Shown: piece by piece, positions 28,324 to 32,000 of the stretch
Layout: the number at the start of each line of letters is the position of its first letter
Numbering within the stretch: position 1 is the stretch's first letter
Assembly: GCF_003428155.1 (NCBI RefSeq)
Contig: NZ_QLIR01000005.1
Span: forward strand, 60,001-92,000
Source of the DNA: Fastidiosibacter lacustris
Lineage (GTDB): Bacteria > Pseudomonadota > Gammaproteobacteria > Francisellales > Francisellaceae
Direction: 5' to 3'
Length of the DNA stretch: 32,000 bases
Made by a program: the position numbers and the translations under genes
The notes under the pieces: generated by a model
The model's input: only the letters and a program-made list of their open reading frames with translations
Database searches by the model: none
What the model was told of the DNA's origin: nothing

Positions 28324-29465
28324 AAATGCAGCTATTAATTATTACAGTAATAGGGATGATTAATCTATCAACTGCTTATGCAGTAAGTCCTGAAAACGCC
28401 AAAATTATGGCAGAAAAATACCGCGCGTTAGCGGAAAGCTATAACAAATTAGCACAAGAATATGAAATGGTAGTAAAGAATGAAGATATGTTAAATAAGA
28501 CCCCAGCGCTGACTATCAAACAAAAAGCAACGGATGATGCAAAAAAAATACAAACTAAGGAATTGAAAGTACAACAACAAAACAAAGATATTCAATCACA
28601 GGCAAACGATAGTACGCCACTAAATCCCTGGTCTGTTGAATTGGAAACACAAAAAGAGATAAATAATGTAACAAAGTCACCAGTTCACACTGTAAGTGAA
28701 AATCAAAGTAAAAGGCTAATAGGTTTAAGTGAACTTATTCTCCCCGAAGGTATTATGGATGATAATATTGAAGTGCAAAAAATACCTAATATTACAGTAG
28801 TAGTACCTTGGAAAGGCACAAGTTTTGGTCTTGGAGGAAGTATCGTTACAGGTAATTCAGCAGCAACAAACTATAATGCCAATGCCAATATTAGTTATAA
28901 CCCAATTATTCCTTGGGAAAACACTTTGGTAATGAGTTATTTGTATAATCGTGATGATATGTCAGGTGGAAAAGGAGTTAAAACAAATAAATTTCAAGCA
29001 TTAGGTACCACTTCATGGAATTTTGATAAAAATAATGGTCTTTATGCAAGTTTAAACTACTTAAATGATCAGCTAGATACTTATACCTATCTTCTTACTG
29101 AATCGTTTGGCTATAAGCGACAACTTTACTCAAGGCATAATATGTCACTCAATACAACTTTAGGTCCGAGTTTAACTCAGTCAAAAATAAAAGAATCAGG
29201 AGAGTTTGCAAATGCGCTGGGTGCACAGAATACAATTAATTATGTTTGGAATTTTACTGACGCATCAAGTTTTAAACAAAACTTTTTAGTGAACTGGACA
29301 GCAAGTGACGCAACAACTTATCAAACAAATAGTACTCTCTCAACAGAGCTATATGAAAACCTGATCTTGCAATTAGGATTTCAAGTAAACGGTAGCAGTT
29401 GGGCAAGCAGTGGTAAAAAACGTATCAATACGGTTACTTCAACAACAATCGCTTATACTTTTTAA
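28320..29465 (+). CDS. Outer-membrane beta-barrel protein, DUF481 (YdiY)-like C-terminal domain with a ~150-aa charged N-terminal extension
   Basis: Signal peptide MKMQLLIITVIGMINLSTAYA. C-terminal ~230 aa show alternating beta-strand patterns (WKGTSFGLGGSIVTGNSAATNY..., FGYKRQL, LGPSL), and the terminal residues YTF end in an aromatic, as is typical of OMPs. ATGA overlap with lptM. Confidence 0.6.
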   Translation: MKMQLLIITVIGMINLSTAYAVSPENAKIMAEKYRALAESYNKLAQEYEMVVKNEDMLNKTPALTIKQKATDDAKKIQTKELKVQQQNKDIQSQANDSTPLNPWSVELETQKEINNVTKSPVHTVSENQSKRLIGLSELILPEGIMDDNIEVQKIPNITVVVPWKGTSFGLGGSIVTGNSAATNYNANANISYNPIIPWENTLVMSYLYNRDDMSGGKGVKTNKFQALGTTSWNFDKNNGLYASLNYLNDQLDTYTYLLTESFGYKRQLYSRHNMSLNTTLGPSLTQSKIKESGEFANALGAQNTINYVWNFTDASSFKQNFLVNWTASDATTYQTNSTLSTELYENLILQLGFQVNGSSWASSGKKRINTVTSTTIAYTF

Positions 29466-29538
29466 GGTTGTAAATGCTGCAAAAAACTTTGTTAGTGGTA
29501 TATAATGTTATGTTATCTCTACAGGTAGTAAAATAATT

Positions 29539-29988
29539 ATGTCTAAGAAAAAAATCACTTTATCGAACAGGAAGCGTTTAAGTGAGTTACAGACTAAAGC
29601 GGTAAAAACAAACGCAGATGTTCGTCGTGAACAGATTCAGTCTATGCGTGAAATGCATGTTATGCCTGAAGGGAAGCTTGAGCTTGCAATTGAGCAGATG
29701 GTTGCGGATGTTGTATTTGAGTTGAATAACTTATATCGCCAGTGGAGTCAGCCGCTTGATTATAATCGTTATCGGTATAGCCCAAATGAACGTAATAGAA
29801 AGCTATTGAATGAGTTAAAGGTATTTTTAAATGAGATAGCGGATTGGCTTATGAGTAAAGGTATTCGTGGTGAGGAGTGCAGGGAAAGGTGTCAGGAAAT
29901 TGTTGATCGGATTTCTCAAGGTTTACGCATAGAAGGGATACCCGTTGGTCATTTACAGTTACATTCTGAAAAGAGACAGGAATTTTAA
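29539..29988 (+). CDS. Hypothetical protein (149 aa, predicted helical, highly charged); no family recognised
   Basis: Intact ORF in a gap between well-supported genes, ending 2 nt before the rlmB start. Composition is like neighbouring genes. No motif I can assign. Confidence 0.55.
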   Translation: MSKKKITLSNRKRLSELQTKAVKTNADVRREQIQSMREMHVMPEGKLELAIEQMVADVVFELNNLYRQWSQPLDYNRYRYSPNERNRKLLNELKVFLNEIADWLMSKGIRGEECRERCQEIVDRISQGLRIEGIPVGHLQLHSEKRQEF

Positions 29989-29990
29989 TT

Positions 29991-30755
29991 ATGCATAATC
30001 TCATAATGATGTATGGTATACACGCGATCAAATCGCGCATAAAAGTTCATGCTGATGCAATTCAAACGATCTATTGTATTAAAGGTAAAGAAACTGCGCC
30101 TAAGCTTGGTGAGTTAAAGGCTTTGATGTTTAAAAAAAATCTAGAATTTAGCTTGGTCAACAAAGAGGTCTTTAATCAATTATTACAACAAAACAGTTTA
30201 AATGATGTAGTGCATCAAAATATATTGGCATTGTGCCAATCGAATATCAATTTATATCACGAAAGTGACCTTTTATTATTACTTAGACAATCTAAAAAAC
30301 CAGTCTTTATTTTGATATTAGATGGTGTTCAAGATCCACATAATCTTGGTGCATGTATACGCAGTGCTGATGCAGCAGGTGTTGACTTTATCGTTTTTCC
30401 TAAGGATAAAAATGCAACGATCAATGCCACTGTTGAAAAAGTAGCAAGTGGTGCGGTAAGTAGTGCCAAGCTTGTTGCAGTGACAAATTTAGCGCGAGCC
30501 ATTGGTGTTATAAAAGATGCAGGTATTTGGGTAACAGGGCTTGCAGGTGAGGCAAAAAACCTCATTTACGATATTGATTTAACAGTTCCTTGTGCATTAG
30601 TGATGGGTGCCGAAGGTAGTGGACTTCGTTTCGGGACACGTAAAATGTGTGATTATTTAGCAAAACTTCCAATGTACGGTCAAGTATCGAGTTTAAACGT
30701 TTCAGTTGCAACAGGGATTGCTTTGTACGAAGTCATAAGACAAAGATTAGAGTGA
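29991..30755 (+). CDS. rlmB: 23S rRNA (guanosine2251-2'-O)-methyltransferase RlmB (SpoU/TrmH family)
   Basis: MYGIHAI N-terminus and SpoU motifs LDGVQDPHNLGACIRSADAAGV, LVMGAEGSGLR and SLNVSVATGIALYE. Collinear with E. coli RlmB. Confidence 0.92.
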   Translation: MHNLIMMYGIHAIKSRIKVHADAIQTIYCIKGKETAPKLGELKALMFKKNLEFSLVNKEVFNQLLQQNSLNDVVHQNILALCQSNINLYHESDLLLLLRQSKKPVFILILDGVQDPHNLGACIRSADAAGVDFIVFPKDKNATINATVEKVASGAVSSAKLVAVTNLARAIGVIKDAGIWVTGLAGEAKNLIYDIDLTVPCALVMGAEGSGLRFGTRKMCDYLAKLPMYGQVSSLNVSVATGIALYEVIRQRLE

Positions 30756-30788
30756 TCTTATGTTTAAAGAGGTATATGGTGCTTAACA

Positions 30789-31316
30789 TTGACGATAGGT
30801 TTAAGGGAAAAGGCTGTGAAGTTTAGAAAATCTAGACCTATGCAATGGGTTGTTTTGATTCTTCTACTATTTATCTTTGTTGGCATTATGATTGAGAATC
30901 TGCATACCAACCATGAAAGTCAGTTTACACTTAATACCTCTCAACGTCAGGTTCAATTAGATTTAAATGCCTTGTTAGCATCCATTCAAATAAATAGTCA
31001 ACACAGTGAAAATTATCAAGTGGGCTATCATAATTTTGAACAAGGAAACTGTGAATTGGCATATAAACAGGTTCTGCCTTTTGCCAGAAGTGGTGAAACT
31101 AATGCTACTCTAGTGATTGGATTTATGTATGAGTTTGGTTGTGGTGTTAAAGATAGTGCTAAAAAAGCGGCACTTTGGTATTACAGTGGTATCAAACGTA
31201 ATACTTATAATAAGGTTCTAATTTTGCGTGGACTTCATGCTTATAACAACGGTGATTATAATATGGCGGCAGAATGGTTTAGAATGGCTAGTGAGTTAAG
31301 TGTTATAAAGGCGTAA
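30789..31316 (+). CDS. Membrane-anchored Sel1-like (SLR/TPR-like) repeat protein
   Basis: N-terminal TM ([16 protein letters not shown]). Sel1-type repeats are present: [43 protein letters not shown], then [15 protein letters not shown]. Start uncertain (TTG 30789, GTG 30816 or ATG 30840). Confidence 0.65.
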   Translation: MTIGLREKAVKFRKSRPMQWVVLILLLFIFVGIMIENLHTNHESQFTLNTSQRQVQLDLNALLASIQINSQHSENYQVGYHNFEQGNCELAYKQVLPFARSGETNATLVIGFMYEFGCGVKDSAKKAALWYYSGIKRNTYNKVLILRGLHAYNNGDYNMAAEWFRMASELSVIKA

Positions 31317-31987
31317 TGAAGATGGATAGGCAACAAGCTTGGCGCGATGTGTTGGCAGAATATAAAAATAGCGAGCGCTTTCAAGATACGTTGGCATTTG
31401 TTGCAAATGAACGTAAAAAAGGCAAAATAATTTTTCCACAACAACAAGATGTTTTTAATGCGTTTAAGCTGTGTTCATTAGAGAACTTAAAAGTTGTTAT
31501 TTTAGGTCAGGATCCCTATCACAACGTTGGACAGGCACATGGTTTGGCATTTTCAGTGCAAAAAAACGTGATCCCGCCACCCTCATTAGTTAATATTTAT
31601 AAAGAGCTCAGTGCAGATATCAATATCAGCGTACCTCAACATGGAAACTTAAGTAATTGGGCAGCACAAGGTGTTTTTTTACTTAATACTGTTCTAACTG
31701 TAGAAGCGCATAAAGCGCATTCACATGCCAATATCGGTTGGGAGGATTTTACCGATAATGTCATACATATTATTAATAAATATAAAGAGCATGTCGTTTT
31801 CATGCTGTGGGGAGCTCCTGCTCAAAGGAAATCAAGTTTAATTGATGGGAATAAACATCTGATACTAAAAGCGCCTCACCCATCACCATTATCGGCACAT
31901 CGTGGTTTTTTTGGTTGTAAGCACTTTTCTCAAGCCAACCAATATTTAAAATTTCATGGAGTAGAACCAATAGATTGGCAGTTGTAG
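31316..31987 (+). CDS. ung: Uracil-DNA glycosylase (family 1)
   Basis: Water-activating loop [15 protein letters not shown], and the Leu-intercalation loop HPSPLSA. The length and order of motifs are typical of Ung. The start overlaps the upstream stop (TAATG). Confidence 0.93.
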   Translation: MKMDRQQAWRDVLAEYKNSERFQDTLAFVANERKKGKIIFPQQQDVFNAFKLCSLENLKVVILGQDPYHNVGQAHGLAFSVQKNVIPPPSLVNIYKELSADINISVPQHGNLSNWAAQGVFLLNTVLTVEAHKAHSHANIGWEDFTDNVIHIINKYKEHVVFMLWGAPAQRKSSLIDGNKHLILKAPHPSPLSAHRGFFGCKHFSQANQYLKFHGVEPIDWQL

Positions 31988-32000
31988 GTACTTTTTGATT

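Noticed and set aside
1-32000. Searched by eye for CRISPR arrays, rRNA/tRNA genes, IS elements, integrases, phage genes, toxin-antitoxin pairs and known defence-system signatures.
   Set aside because: No regularly spaced direct repeats, no transposase/integrase/recombinase-like ORFs and no terminal inverted repeats. No composition shift is visible. All large ORFs are accounted for by housekeeping or metabolic families, so the window looks like core chromosome.

Overview
AT-rich (by eye roughly 35-40% GC) gamma-proteobacterial chromosomal core. Gene content and order (dnaB end, hfq-hflX-hflK-hflC, comEC, type IV pilin, Sel1-repeat protein) resemble the Legionellales, but taxonomy cannot be proven from the sequence alone. 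Nearly every large ORF is a recognisable housekeeping or metabolic gene. I see no CRISPR array, rRNA or tRNA gene, transposase, integrase, phage module or recognisable defence system, so this is not an obvious accessory island. Six things deserve a second look. (1) A textbook TPP (THI-box) riboswitch with an SD-sequestering hairpin drives a 7-TM double PQ-loop membrane protein, a candidate thiamine or thiamine-precursor transporter from a family not established for that role. (2) A tight four-gene minus-strand operon (saccharopine-dehydrogenase-family/LysDH-like oxidoreductase, ALDH7-type AmaB, DUF1338/HglS-like enzyme, class-III aminotransferase) reads as a complete lysine -> 2-aminoadipate -> 2-oxoadipate -> 2-hydroxyglutarate route. 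(3) A type IV pilin gene converges, 6 nt apart, on a DUF2062 + Wzy_C (O-antigen-ligase-like) pair, possibly a pilin O-glycosylation module. (4) Rubredoxin and a DcyD/ACC-deaminase-family PLP enzyme share one reading frame, separated by a single TAG. (5) A frameshifted RCK/TrkA-N relic lies in a 560-bp gap between aroB and recG. (6) Several proteins carry unusual extensions (acidic Hfq tail, CDF C-terminal extension, N-terminal extension on a DUF481-like OMP coupled to lptM). All functional calls rest on motif-level recognition by eye. No searches were run.
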